A program made the position numbers and the translations under genes. This document shows, in pieces, positions 19,472-29,515 of a stretch of 64,000 nt of DNA. The first letter of the stretch is position 1, and each line of letters starts with the position of its first letter. The notes beneath the pieces are model-generated. The model had not been told where the DNA came from and searched no databases. It saw only the letters and a program-made list of their open reading frames with translations. Source of the stretch: Candidatus Multivoradales bacterium (GTDB lineage: Bacteria > Acidobacteriota > Thermoanaerobaculia > Multivoradales > JAHEKO01); contig CBDCXM010000009.1 in assembly GCA_965223855.1 (NCBI GenBank), positions 1,216,001-1,280,000 of the forward strand, read 5' to 3'.

Positions 19472-20761
19472 CTACCCGGACGGTTCGGCAGGGTGTGGGC
19501 GCCGCTTCGAGAACCGTCGTTCCAGCACGGCGTACTCGGCGGCGATCGAAGCGACGAGCGCCACCGCCCCGACGACGACTCCCCGGCCGCCGACGGCGAG
19601 CCCGACGACCAGCAGCGCCACGGTGACGGCGAGCCTGACCATCATCGCGGTGTGGATCGGCCCGGTGCGGCCCCGGTGCATCAGCTCGCCGCGGCGCCAC
19701 GAGATCAGCGTCGCCAGCGGCACGAGCGGGATCAGGTAGACGAAACCGACGCGGGCGATCTCCACCACCTCGCCGGCCGCCCCCTGGAGCCGCTCGAGGT
19801 AGAAGCCCGACAGAGGGGTGAGCGCGAAGAGCGTCATCGCCAGGAGACCGAGACCGGTGAGCGAGAGCGAGAATCGCCGCACCGCACTCTCGCTCTCAGG
19901 CCGCTTGCGCAGGGCGATGACCGCCTCGGGCAGGGCGTAGGCGGCGGCGCGTGCCAGCAGCAGGAACTGGAACAGGATCGGCCAGGCGGCGAGTGTGGCG
20001 ACCGGCCGGTCGAGGCGCGCCAGGGTGGCGGCGACGAGGGGTTGCATCAGCAGCGTCACGACCGAGGTCATCGCCAGCGGCAGGTGGAAGGCGGCCAGGC
20101 GGCGGTAGGTGACCTCCTCCTCGCCGACCTCGGGCAGCGCGGCGATGATCGGGCGTGCCCGGCGGGTGATGTAGGCCGCCTCGAAGATCACCCCGGCGAC
20201 CAGTGCCGTCGCGCCGACGACCGCGCCACGCAGGTCGGTGCCGAACGCCAGCGCGACCGCGCCTCCCGCCGAGACGGCGAGACGCAGCACGGTGCCGCGG
20301 ACGATGGCGCCGGTCCGGTTCGCGGCGATCAGGACGCCCTGCAGGAAGCGGCGCCAGCCGACGGCAGCGCTCCACGGAATCATGACCGTGAGGGCAGGAT
20401 GGACCCAGCGCGCGATCCCGGTAGGGGCGCCGAGCCACCGGACGACGACGAGGTCGAACACCGGCGGAAGCACGAGCAGGATCGAGACCGCCGTCAGGGC
20501 GATGAGCCAGTGCAGGCTGAACCGGCGGGTCTCGCGGTAGGCGCGGGCATCGTGCGCCAGCGCGGTCGCGGTCGCCAGCAGGTTGATGATCGGGCTTTCG
20601 ATCGTCACCGCGAGACTGACGACGAGGCCGACCGCCGCGAGCTGGGTCACGGCGTCGGGCAGCCGGTTGACGACGGCGCTGACGACGGGCCCCTCGGCCA
20701 GCATCAGCACCCAGCTTGCGCAAAGCGGCAGCCAGAACCGGAGAATGTCGCGCTGCCGCAT
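19472..20761 (-). CDS. MATE/MOP-superfamily (ANKH-like) multi-pass transporter
   Basis: About 12 hydrophobic segments in two repeats (FWLPLCASWVLM / FHLPLAMTSVVT), and RRFLQGVLI...GTVLRL. Confidence 0.7.
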   Translation of the reverse strand: MRQRDILRFWLPLCASWVLMLAEGPVVSAVVNRLPDAVTQLAAVGLVVSLAVTIESPIINLLATATALAHDARAYRETRRFSLHWLIALTAVSILLVLPPVFDLVVVRWLGAPTGIARWVHPALTVMIPWSAAVGWRRFLQGVLIAANRTGAIVRGTVLRLAVSAGGAVALAFGTDLRGAVVGATALVAGVIFEAAYITRRARPIIAALPEVGEEEVTYRRLAAFHLPLAMTSVVTLLMQPLVAATLARLDRPVATLAAWPILFQFLLLARAAAYALPEAVIALRKRPESESAVRRFSLSLTGLGLLAMTLFALTPLSGFYLERLQGAAGEVVEIARVGFVYLIPLVPLATLISWRRGELMHRGRTGPIHTAMMVRLAVTVALLVVGLAVGGRGVVVGAVALVASIAAEYAVLERRFSKRRPHPAEPSG

Positions 20762-20841
20762 CGTCAGGATCGCCCGAAGAGGGGGAGCTTAGCCGAGCCG
20801 CAGGCGGCTCGGCGACCGGGCGCCGCCAACCAGGTTAAGCA

Positions 20842-20870
20842 TTGCGAACCGGCTATCGGCGGTGTACGAT
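20842..20870 (+). promoter_or_regulatory. Putative sigma70 promoter for the PilZ gene
   Basis: TTGCGA-N17-TACGAT in the divergent intergenic region. Confidence 0.45.
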
Positions 20871-20980
20871 TGTGGAATAGTTCACAGCGACCCTTCCTCG
20901 GGAGCCGATCGCTCGTGGACGAAGGGGGCGGGGAGATGGGGGTCTTCCTGCCGGAACCAGACCTTGGGGGCAAGGAACCT

Positions 20981-21286
20981 ATGAAGGATGCAGAGCGCCG
21001 CGACCGGCCGCGCAGGCAGGTCGTAGGGGTGCGTCTCCAGTCGCCGACACTCAACGGACGGATCGTCGATCTCAGCGGCGCCGGCCTCGGGATCGAGACG
21101 CCGCAGTGCGTCTCGAAGGGCGATCGCCACAAGGTGACGATCAGCTATGCCGGCAAGCGGGTGACCGCCGATGCCGCCGTGCGCTGGATCGAGCGTGCCG
21201 CCGACCTCGTCGTCGGGCAGTCGCCGGTGCCGGTCTTCCGAGCCGGGCTGCAGCTCAACCGGCCCTCGCGGCTGGCGCGCGCCTGA
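20981..21286 (+). CDS. Stand-alone PilZ domain protein
   Basis: True start at ATG 20981 (AAGGAA RBS) inside the 845-aa ORF. ERRDRPR gives RxxxR and DLSGAG gives DxSxxG, the c-di-GMP-binding motifs. Confidence 0.85.
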   Translation: MKDAERRDRPRRQVVGVRLQSPTLNGRIVDLSGAGLGIETPQCVSKGDRHKVTISYAGKRVTADAAVRWIERAADLVVGQSPVPVFRAGLQLNRPSRLARA

Positions 21287-21452
21287 ACCGTCGCCGCGCA
21301 GCGCGACCCGGTCGCGACGAACCTCCGGGCGTGAGCCGCGTACATTAGGCTGAGCATCGCCGAGGGCGGTTGCAACCACCCGGGTGCTTCCGGCATCCTC
21401 GGCAACCCTGTTTCGCCACTGCGAACCTGCAACCCGAGAGGAGTCCCCGCGC

Positions 21453-22262
21453 ATGTCCCAAAGACGGTTCTGGATCACGGCAGCCTGCTGCCTCGCCCTC
21501 ACCCTGCCGCTTTCGGCGCAGATCGACCCGACGACCACCGACGAGCCGGGCCTCGATGAGCTGCCCCTCGAAGAGGTGCTCGACAGCTACTACGACGCCA
21601 TCGGCGGCGCCGAGGGATGGAGTGCCATCCAGTCGCTCAAGATGACCGGCAAGATGGTCATGGGGCCCGGCATGGAGGCACCCTTCACGCTCTACCAGAA
21701 GCTTCCCGACCAGCACCGCCTGGAGTTCTCCTTCCAGGGGATGACCGGAGTGCAGGCGATCGACGGCGACGAGGCCTGGCAGTTCATGCCGTTCATGGGC
21801 AAGACCGAGCCCGAAGCGATGCCCGAGGAGGCGGAGGAGATGCTCCGCGAACAGCTCGACATCGAAGGGCCGCTCATCAACTGGGCAGCCAAGGGCCACA
21901 CCGTCGAGATGCTCGGCGTCGGGCAGGCTCAGGGCACAGACGCCTACATGGTGAAGCTGACCAGAGACAACGGTCGCATCGAGACCTACTACCTCGACGG
22001 CGAAGCGTTCGTTCCCTTCTTCATGGAGACGACGATCGAGATGCAGGGCACCGAGCAGGCGCGCGAGACCACGATCAGCGACTACAAGGAGGTCGGTGAC
22101 GGCCTGATGCTCGCCCACTCCTTCGAGAGCCGCGCGACCGGCATGCCGGGCGGACAGACGATCACGATCGAGACGGTCGAGATCGATGCGGACGTCAGCG
22201 CGGTGGAGTTCTCGATGCCGGCGACGACCGAAGCCGAAGAAGAAGCCGAAGCTGCCGAGTAG
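21453..22262 (+). CDS. Exported LolA-like / outer-membrane lipoprotein-sorting-like protein
   Basis: GAGGAG RBS and signal peptide. AIGG...IQSLKMTG...DGDEAW...TYYLD...SDYKEV..GLMLAH matches this family pattern. Confidence 0.7.
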   Translation: MSQRRFWITAACCLALTLPLSAQIDPTTTDEPGLDELPLEEVLDSYYDAIGGAEGWSAIQSLKMTGKMVMGPGMEAPFTLYQKLPDQHRLEFSFQGMTGVQAIDGDEAWQFMPFMGKTEPEAMPEEAEEMLREQLDIEGPLINWAAKGHTVEMLGVGQAQGTDAYMVKLTRDNGRIETYYLDGEAFVPFFMETTIEMQGTEQARETTISDYKEVGDGLMLAHSFESRATGMPGGQTITIETVEIDADVSAVEFSMPATTEAEEEAEAAE

Positions 22263-22337
22263 GCGCTTTCGAAGGCGGTGAGAGGCTCGGGTGCGCCGCG
22301 GCGGCCCGAGCTTCGCTGTACTTCCGGGAGGGACGAT

Positions 22338-25300
22338 ATGAACGTGAAGCTGCGAATCCTGACGCTGGCAACGGCGATCACCTGCCAGGTAGCCTCGGTC
22401 GCTCCGACAGCGGCTGCCGGTATCGACTCCAACACCTTTGGAGGGTTGCGCGCGCGCGCGATCGGGCCGGCCACGATGAGCGGCCGCATCAGCGCCATCG
22501 ACGCCGTCGCCGAAGATCCGCTGACGATCTACGTCGGCGCCGCTTCGGGCGGCCTGTGGAGGAGCACCGACGGTGGGACGACCTTCCGTCCGATCTTCGA
22601 CGACTACGCCCAGTCGATCGGCGCCCTCAGGATCGATCCGTCCGACCCCGAGACCGTCTGGGTCGGAACCGGTGAGCCGTGGACGCGCAACTCGACGTCG
22701 ATCGGCGTCGGCCTGTACAAGTCCACCGACGGCGGCGACAACTGGGAGTTCAAGGGGTTGCCCGACTCGGAGCGGATCGCCCGGATCCGGGTCGATCCGG
22801 CCGATGGCGACACCGTCTACGTCTGCGTCACCGGCCGGCTGTGGAGCGCCGGAGAGGAGCGTGGCGTCTACAAGACCGAGGACGGCGGCGAGACCTGGAA
22901 TCGGATCCTCTACGTCGACGACACGACCGGCTGCTCCGATCTCGACATGGACCCACAGGACTCGAGCGTTCTCTATGCCGGCATGTGGGAGTTCCGCCGC
23001 TCGCCGGACTTCTTCCGCTCCGGCGGCCCCGGAAGCGGGCTTTACAAGTCGACCGACGGCGGTGAGAGCTGGGTCGAGCTGACCGAAGATCTGCCCGGGG
23101 GAGACAAGGGGAGGATCACCGTGGCGGTCGCCCCGTCGCGCCCCAACCGGGTGTACGCGGTCGTCGAGGCCGACGACACCTGGCTCTACCGCTCGGACGA
23201 CACCGGCGCCTCGTGGGAGCGGATGAACACGTCGCTGAACGTGGCGATCCGTCCCTTCTACTTCGGTCACATGGTGGTCGATCCGAACGACTACGAGCGG
23301 GTCTACAAGCCGGGACTGACCTTCGGCATCTCGAGCGACGGCGGCCGGTCGTTCACCGGCCCCTTCGGCCCCGGAGGCAACGTCCACAGCGATCATCACG
23401 CGGTGTGGGTCAACCCGCACAACTCGAACGAGATTCTTCTCGGTACCGACGGCGGGGTCTACCAGTCGTTCGACCGGGGCAACTCCTTCCGCTTCATCGC
23501 GTCGCTGCCGGTCTCGCAGTTCTACGAGGTCGGACACGATCTGGAGTGGCCCTACAACGTCTACGGCGGCCTGCAGGACAACGGTACCTGGATGGGACCG
23601 TCCCGTTCGGCCGGCGGCATCACCAACGGCCAATGGCGCAACATCGGCTTCGGCGACGGCTTCCACGCCAACCCCGACCCTGCCGACTCCGACGTCGTCT
23701 ACGTCCAGTATCAGGGCGGTCAGATGCTGCGCTTCCATCGCGACACCGGGCAGATCAAGTCGATCAAGCCGTATGCCGCCGAGGGTGAGCCGGAGCTGCG
23801 CTGCAACTGGAACACCGCCTTCTTCGCTTCGCGGCAGCGCCCTGGCACCGTCTACATGGGCTGCCAGTACCTCTTCCGTTCCAGCGATCAGGGGGAATCG
23901 TGGGAGCGGATCTCCGGCGATCTCACGACCGACGACCCTGCGCGCCAGAGGCAAAGGCAGTCGGGCGGCCTGACGATCGACAACTCGACCGCCGAGAACA
24001 ACACGACGATCTACACCATTGCCGAGTCGCCCCTCGACCCCGACGAGCTGTGGGTCGGAACCGACGACGGCAACGTCCAGCTCACCCGCGACGGCGGGGC
24101 CACCTGGAGCGACGTCACCGCGGCGATCGACGTGCCGGAGAAGCTGTGGGTGACGTTCGTCGATCCGAGCCCGCACGACGCAGGCACGGCGTTCGTGACG
24201 ATCGACGGCCACCGCTCCGGAGACATGAACCCCTACGTCTTCAAGACGACCGACCATGGCGCGACCTGGACTTCGCTCGCGACCGGGCAGCTTCGTGGCT
24301 ACGCGCACGTCGTCCGGCAGGATCCCGACAACCCGGAGTTGCTCTTCCTGGGCACCGAGTTCGGGCTCTGGATCTCCGTCGACGGTGGTGGGCAGTGGGC
24401 GCGTTTCAAGGGCAACCTGCCGCCAGTGCCGGTGCGGGATCTCGACATCCATCCGACCGAGCACGACCTCGTCATCGGAACTCACGGTCGCGGCATCTAC
24501 ATCCTGGATGACCTCTCGCCGCTGCGAGCGCTGACCGCCGAAGTGCTCGACGCCGAGCTGGAGATCCTGCCGTCGCGGCCGGCGGTGCAGTTCCTGAGCG
24601 GTCAGACGCAGGCCTTCACGGGTGACCAGGACTTCGTCGGCGAGACGCTGGGCGAGGTGGCGAGCATCTTCTACTACCAGAAGAAGCGTCACATCTTCGG
24701 CGACATGAAGGTCGAGATCTTCGATGCCGAGGGTGAGCTCATCACGACGCTCCCCGCCGGCAAGCGCAAGGGGCTCAACCGCGTCGACTGGCCGATGCGC
24801 CTGGCGGCTCCCAAGATGCCTCCGGCGACGGTGCTCGCGTTCGTCTTCAACGGTCCGCGGGTGCCGGAGGGCAGGTATACCTACCGCATCACCAAGGGTC
24901 GCGACACCTTCGAAGGCGAGCTGGAGCTGGTCGCCGACCCGCGCGGCCGCTACACCGCCGAGGACCGGCGAGTACAGCAGAAGCTGGCTCTCCAGCTCTA
25001 CGACGACCTAGAGGATCTGACCTACCTCGTCGATGCGTTGCTCGATCTGCACGGACAGGCGACCGCAGCGCTCGAGGATGCGCGCGGCGCTTCGTCGCGG
25101 CGGCTCGAGCAGTACGCCGGAGAGATCGAGGCGTTCCGCGGCACTCTGGTGTCGACGAGCGACGCCGGCTGGTTGTCGGGCGACGAGCAGTTGCGGGAAC
25201 ACCTCGCCGACGTCTTCGGCGGTCTCGCCTCCTACGACGGGAGGCCGACACAGAGCCAGATCGACCGGGCGGCGGTGCTCTCCGGTCGTCTCGAATCGGC

Positions 25301-25496
25301 GCGCGAGAGGTTCGCGGAGCTGACCGGCGAGGCGCGTCTCGCGGCGCTGAGTCAGCGCCTCGAGGCCCCGCTCGTCCTCCTGACCCGCGAGGTGTGGGAG
25401 ATCGAGCAGGAAAAGGGCGGATCGGGGGCGACGTCGCTCAGGCCGAAGCAGCTCGAGCGGCTGCAGCAGCAGGCCTGGTTCGTCCGACTGCGGTGA
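22338..25496 (+). CDS. VPS10/sortilin-like BNR (Asp-box) beta-propeller protein
   Basis: ATG 22338 with GGGAGG RBS. RAIGPATMSGRI, many S/T-x-D-G-G-x-T/S-W Asp boxes, GGLQDNG, GTHGRG. Confidence 0.9.
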   Translation: MNVKLRILTLATAITCQVASVAPTAAAGIDSNTFGGLRARAIGPATMSGRISAIDAVAEDPLTIYVGAASGGLWRSTDGGTTFRPIFDDYAQSIGALRIDPSDPETVWVGTGEPWTRNSTSIGVGLYKSTDGGDNWEFKGLPDSERIARIRVDPADGDTVYVCVTGRLWSAGEERGVYKTEDGGETWNRILYVDDTTGCSDLDMDPQDSSVLYAGMWEFRRSPDFFRSGGPGSGLYKSTDGGESWVELTEDLPGGDKGRITVAVAPSRPNRVYAVVEADDTWLYRSDDTGASWERMNTSLNVAIRPFYFGHMVVDPNDYERVYKPGLTFGISSDGGRSFTGPFGPGGNVHSDHHAVWVNPHNSNEILLGTDGGVYQSFDRGNSFRFIASLPVSQFYEVGHDLEWPYNVYGGLQDNGTWMGPSRSAGGITNGQWRNIGFGDGFHANPDPADSDVVYVQYQGGQMLRFHRDTGQIKSIKPYAAEGEPELRCNWNTAFFASRQRPGTVYMGCQYLFRSSDQGESWERISGDLTTDDPARQRQRQSGGLTIDNSTAENNTTIYTIAESPLDPDELWVGTDDGNVQLTRDGGATWSDVTAAIDVPEKLWVTFVDPSPHDAGTAFVTIDGHRSGDMNPYVFKTTDHGATWTSLATGQLRGYAHVVRQDPDNPELLFLGTEFGLWISVDGGGQWARFKGNLPPVPVRDLDIHPTEHDLVIGTHGRGIYILDDLSPLRALTAEVLDAELEILPSRPAVQFLSGQTQAFTGDQDFVGETLGEVASIFYYQKKRHIFGDMKVEIFDAEGELITTLPAGKRKGLNRVDWPMRLAAPKMPPATVLAFVFNGPRVPEGRYTYRITKGRDTFEGELELVADPRGRYTAEDRRVQQKLALQLYDDLEDLTYLVDALLDLHGQATAALEDARGASSRRLEQYAGEIEAFRGTLVSTSDAGWLSGDEQLREHLADVFGGLASYDGRPTQSQIDRAAVLSGRLESARERFAELTGEARLAALSQRLEAPLVLLTREVWEIEQEKGGSGATSLRPKQLERLQQQAWFVRLR

Positions 25497-25518
25497 GCCG
25501 ACCGGAGCCGCGCGGTTG

Positions 25519-25899
25519 ATGCAGGTGCTCTGGGTCGGCCTCGGCGGGTTCGCCGGGGCTGTCCTGCGCTGGCTCGTCGGAGGCGCCATCCAGCGCGCCT
25601 CCGGCGGCGCCTTTCCGCTCGGCACTCTGGTCGTCAACGTCCTCGGCTGCTTCGCCCTCGGTTGGCTCTGCGGTGCCGGTGCCGGTCGCGACTGGCTTTC
25701 TCCCCAGGCGCGCTCGTTCCTGACCGTCGGCCTGCTGGGCGGCTTCACCACCTTCTCGACCTTCGCCTGGGAGACGTTCGATCCCGAGAGCCCTCTCGGC
25801 GTCGGCGGAGCGTTCCTCAACGTGGCGCTCCATCTGGTGCTCGGTGTCGGAGCCGTGGCGGCCGGCTTCTGGGTCGGTGCGCGTACCCGAGGAGTATGA
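25519..25899 (+). CDS. crcB: Fluoride channel CrcB/FluC
   Basis: GGFAGAVLRW, FPLGTLVVNVLGCF, GLLGGFTTFSTF. Confidence 0.93.
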   Translation: MQVLWVGLGGFAGAVLRWLVGGAIQRASGGAFPLGTLVVNVLGCFALGWLCGAGAGRDWLSPQARSFLTVGLLGGFTTFSTFAWETFDPESPLGVGGAFLNVALHLVLGVGAVAAGFWVGARTRGV

Positions 25900-26069
25900 A
25901 ACCGGGCCTCGTCCTCCACGAGCCTCGGTCGTAGCCTCCTCTCCCCTCCTGCTGAGTTGAGAGATCTTTGAGCGCTCTTTGAGCCCGACCTGAAGACCTG
26001 GTGCCTCCGGAACGCTAACCTGCTCGCAGTGGCCCGTCCGACCTCGGTCGGTCGCGAAAGGAGTCGCTC

Positions 26070-27161
26070 ATGAAGCAGAACATCGTCGTTTTCCTGTCGG
26101 CCCTGGTGCTAGTGGCCTGTGCCGGCACCGCCCCGCCCGTGCAGCCCCCGGAGGCGGAGCTCCCGGACGGCAGCCTCTTTCTCGACGAGCCGCCGGCACC
26201 CGGAGTCGCCGCCAGGGCGGCCGAGTGGGCAACGCTGGAGGATCCGGGAGTCGAGCTCCCCTCGCTGCTCCTCACCTCCCTCTCCGACCTCGAGCTCGCG
26301 GAGCTGTCGCCGGGCGACGAGCGCAGCGCACCGTTCTTCGAGGTGCTGCTCGAGATCCTCGTCGAAGGGCTCGACGATGCGAACTACCTCCTCGCCTTCG
26401 ATCCCGAGGCAGAGCCGTTCCCCGACTTCAGGAACGGCGACGGTGTGCCCCTGGTCTCGATCTCGCGGATCGACCGCGAGCTGTCCACCTGTACCACCAG
26501 GGCCGAGACGGCGGCCGAAGAGGGCGAGGACCTCACAGGCTACGGCGGGCGACAGAAGACCGCGACCGAGGGAATCTGCGGCGGCATTGCGGTGGCGCAC
26601 TCGTTCCTCGAGCTCAATCTCCTGGACGCTCGCAACAAGCTCCGCAACGGCGACAACTTCAACGCCCGCAACCTCGCCAAGCTCCAGGGAAGCAACCGCA
26701 AGCAGATGACCCTCAAGCGGCTCCGTCAGCTCCACCAGGCGGGAGGGGCGACGGTCTGCCGGGCCCCGGCGGGTGCAGGATTCGAGACCAAGAACCTGGG
26801 GGCGCTGCGCAACTTCAATCGTCAGCTCAGTCGATTCGTCAACGACCCGAACCGTGACTGGGACTGCTCGCTCTTCGTCCGCACTCGAAGCCGCGATGGC
26901 GACGTTCTCGCGCACGTCGAGCACGTCACCGCAGTGACGACTCGCGCCGGCACGACCTCGATTCGTACGCTCAACGGCTTCGATCAGGGTAACCAGCGCG
27001 ACCGGGTACCGCTCGCGCCGGGCACCAACACCTGGACCAGCACTCCGGGCGGGAGCCCACCGTTCAAGCTGACTTCGTGCACGGGGCGCAACGGCGCGGC
27101 CACGGTCCGCAGCACCCCCAACGTCGGCCTGGTGAACTACGTCTGCTGCAGGAGACCCTGA
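26070..27161 (+). CDS. Lipoprotein, putative papain-fold cysteine enzyme
   Basis: Lipobox LVAC. Q...ICGGIAVAHS, then AHVEHV and LNGFD, suggest a Cys-His-Asp/Asn triad. AAGGAG RBS. Confidence 0.55.
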   Translation: MKQNIVVFLSALVLVACAGTAPPVQPPEAELPDGSLFLDEPPAPGVAARAAEWATLEDPGVELPSLLLTSLSDLELAELSPGDERSAPFFEVLLEILVEGLDDANYLLAFDPEAEPFPDFRNGDGVPLVSISRIDRELSTCTTRAETAAEEGEDLTGYGGRQKTATEGICGGIAVAHSFLELNLLDARNKLRNGDNFNARNLAKLQGSNRKQMTLKRLRQLHQAGGATVCRAPAGAGFETKNLGALRNFNRQLSRFVNDPNRDWDCSLFVRTRSRDGDVLAHVEHVTAVTTRAGTTSIRTLNGFDQGNQRDRVPLAPGTNTWTSTPGGSPPFKLTSCTGRNGAATVRSTPNVGLVNYVCCRRP

Positions 27162-27218
27162 CCGCGCTCACCCGGAACCCATACGCTCGAACCCATGCGC
27201 TTCCGGTAGGGTCAGTCG

Positions 27219-27659
27219 ATGAGCGCGACAGGAAGCCTGGAGGCGATCTGGATCAAGCGGTCGAAGCGCGGCCCGATGGATCCGGCGATCGAAGCGGAGT
27301 TAGTGGCGGGGCGGGGGATCGTCGGCAACGCCAATCAGGGCGGGCATCGGCAGGTGACGTTGATCGAGCGCGAGAAGTGGGACGAGATCGCCGCCGAGCT
27401 CGACGGGCCGGTCGAGCCGGAGATGCGGCGGGCCAACCTGCTCGTGAGCGGGGTGCGGCTCAACGACTGCCGCGACCGGGTCCTCAAGATCGGAGACGTC
27501 AGGCTGCGGATGCTGGGTGAGACCCGCCCGTGCCGGCTGATGGACGAGATCCTGCCCGGGCTGCAGGGGGCGCTCGATCCAGACTGGCGCGGCGGGGCCT
27601 ACGGCGAGGTGCTCGACGACGGCGTGCTGACTCTCGGCGACGAGGTCGCCTGGGACTAG
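27219..27659 (+). CDS. MOSC domain-containing protein
   Basis: RGIVGN, RQVTLIERE, RRANLLVSG, TRPCRLM (conserved Cys), RGG.YGEVL..G.LTLGD. Confidence 0.9.
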   Translation: MSATGSLEAIWIKRSKRGPMDPAIEAELVAGRGIVGNANQGGHRQVTLIEREKWDEIAAELDGPVEPEMRRANLLVSGVRLNDCRDRVLKIGDVRLRMLGETRPCRLMDEILPGLQGALDPDWRGGAYGEVLDDGVLTLGDEVAWD

Positions 27660-27759
27660 CCCGGACTGGATCCGCTGCCGCCGGCGCTACCGGTCGGCCT
27701 CCGAGGCGTGCCAAGATCGCGCCGGATGCCCGAACGCGACCGAATCTGGAGGCCCGACG

Positions 27760-29442
27760 ATGCGCCTGTTCGCCTTTGCCGCCGCCGTTGCACTGCTGAC
27801 CCTGACCGCCTGCGCCCCTGTCGAGATGCCGGTGGAAGAGACCGCTGAGGGCCCGTTCGTGGCCGAAGACATCGAGACGCGCCTCGCCCGCTTCGCGCCG
27901 ACCGAGCTGTCGGCCGACCTGGCGGGGGTTCCGGAGAGTGAGATCCCGGTCCTCGTCGAGCTGATCCAGGCGTCGAAGCTGATGGACGAGATTTTCCTGC
28001 GCCAGGTGGCGGAGGGGAACGCCGAACGGCGCGAGGAGGCCCATGCGATCGGCGGCGCACTCGCCACCTACTTCGATCTGAGCTTCGGCCCCTGGGACCG
28101 GCTCGACGACATGGAGGCGTTCTTCGGCGACGTCGAGCACCCGGAAGGGGCGGGCTACTACCCGAGCAACATGACCAAGGAGGAGTTCGAGGCGTGGGTC
28201 GAGGCGAATCCGGACGACGAGGAGGCGTTCCGCGGCCTCTTCACCGTCGTCCGACGCGACGGCGACACCCTCGTCGCCCGGCCCTACTCGGAGGTCTATG
28301 CCGAGTGGCTCGAGCCGGCGGCGGCGCATCTGCGCGCCGCGGCCGCCGCGACCGGGAACGAGACGTTGCGCACCTTCCTCGAGTCGCGCGCCGCCGCATT
28401 CGAGAGCGACGACTACTTCCAGAGCGACATGGACTGGATGGATCTCGACGCCCCGGTCGAGGTGACGATCGGCCCCTACGAGGTCTACGAGGACGGCCTC
28501 TTCGCCTACAAGGCGGCGTTCGAGGGCTTCGTCACCGTCAACCTGCCGGAGCAGTCGGCGGCGCTCGAGCGCTTCAAGTCGATGCTGCCGTGGCTCGAGC
28601 GTCAGCTGCCGATCGACGACGAGCACAAGAATCTCGATCGCGGCTCCGACAGTCCGATCCGGGTGGTCGACGAGGTCTACGTCGGCGGCGACTCGAAGGC
28701 GGGGGTCCAGACGCTCGCCTTCAACCTCCCCAATGACGAGGCGGTGCGCGAGGCGAAGGGCTCGAAGAAGGTGCTGCTACGCAACATCATGCGCGCCAAG
28801 TACGACCAGATCCTCGTGCCGATCGCCGAGCGGGTGGTGGCGGCCGAGCAGGTGGATGCCGTGTCGTTCGACGCCTACTTCGCCGAGGTGCTCCATCACG
28901 AACTCTCGCACGGCCTCGGCCCGGGCAACATCACCGTCGACGGCCGCGAGACGGAGGTGCGGCTCGAGCTCAAGGAGCTCTACTCGACGCTCGAGGAGGC
29001 GAAGGCGGACGTGATGGGGATCTACAACATCCTCCGGCTGATCGAGCGCGGCGAGATCGAGCCGGAGATGCGCGAGACCCTCGAGCCGACCTACGTCGCC
29101 GGCCTCTTCCGCTCCGCCCGCTTCGGCCTCCACGAGGCGCATGGGCGCGGCGTGGTGTCGCAGTTCAACTACCTCCTGGAGAAGGGATCGCTCGAGATCG
29201 ACGAGGAGGGGCGCTTCCGGGTCGTCTCCGACACCTTCGCCGACGGCATAGAAAGCCTGCTGGCCGAGATGCTGAGGCTCCAGGCGACCGGCGACTACGA
29301 CGGCACCGCGACCTTCCTCGACACCTACGGCGTCGCCACCCCGGAGCTCGAGGCGGCGATCGCGAAGCTCGGTGACGTGCCGGTCGACATCCGACCGATC
29401 TACCGCCAGGCGGAGGAGCTGCTGGCCGCCGCCGGGGAGTAG
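27760..29442 (+). CDS. Peptidase M49 (dipeptidyl peptidase III-like) lipoprotein
   Basis: Lipobox LTAC, TIGPYEVYED, AFNLPNDE, zinc motif HELSH, and EEAKAD. Confidence 0.9.
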   Translation: MRLFAFAAAVALLTLTACAPVEMPVEETAEGPFVAEDIETRLARFAPTELSADLAGVPESEIPVLVELIQASKLMDEIFLRQVAEGNAERREEAHAIGGALATYFDLSFGPWDRLDDMEAFFGDVEHPEGAGYYPSNMTKEEFEAWVEANPDDEEAFRGLFTVVRRDGDTLVARPYSEVYAEWLEPAAAHLRAAAAATGNETLRTFLESRAAAFESDDYFQSDMDWMDLDAPVEVTIGPYEVYEDGLFAYKAAFEGFVTVNLPEQSAALERFKSMLPWLERQLPIDDEHKNLDRGSDSPIRVVDEVYVGGDSKAGVQTLAFNLPNDEAVREAKGSKKVLLRNIMRAKYDQILVPIAERVVAAEQVDAVSFDAYFAEVLHHELSHGLGPGNITVDGRETEVRLELKELYSTLEEAKADVMGIYNILRLIERGEIEPEMRETLEPTYVAGLFRSARFGLHEAHGRGVVSQFNYLLEKGSLEIDEEGRFRVVSDTFADGIESLLAEMLRLQATGDYDGTATFLDTYGVATPELEAAIAKLGDVPVDIRPIYRQAEELLAAAGE

Positions 29443-29515
29443 CTCAGGGAGTCGGGAGGTTGCGAGGAAGTGACCGGAATCCTCTCCGCGTGTCAGACGT
29501 AGTGAGGGGTAGCTG

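Noticed and set aside
18749-21286. 845-aa protein ending in a PilZ domain
   Set aside because: The N-terminal ~740 aa are antisense to the OMP and MATE genes. The real gene starts at 20981 with its own RBS and promoter.
25497-25518. Fluoride riboswitch upstream of crcB
   Set aside because: There are only 22 nt of intergenic space and no recognisable motif.
27175-27202. 14-bp tandem repeat GAACCCATACGCTC/GAACCCATGCGCTT as a CRISPR or iteron
   Set aside because: There are only two imperfect adjacent copies, with no spacers and no cas or rep genes.
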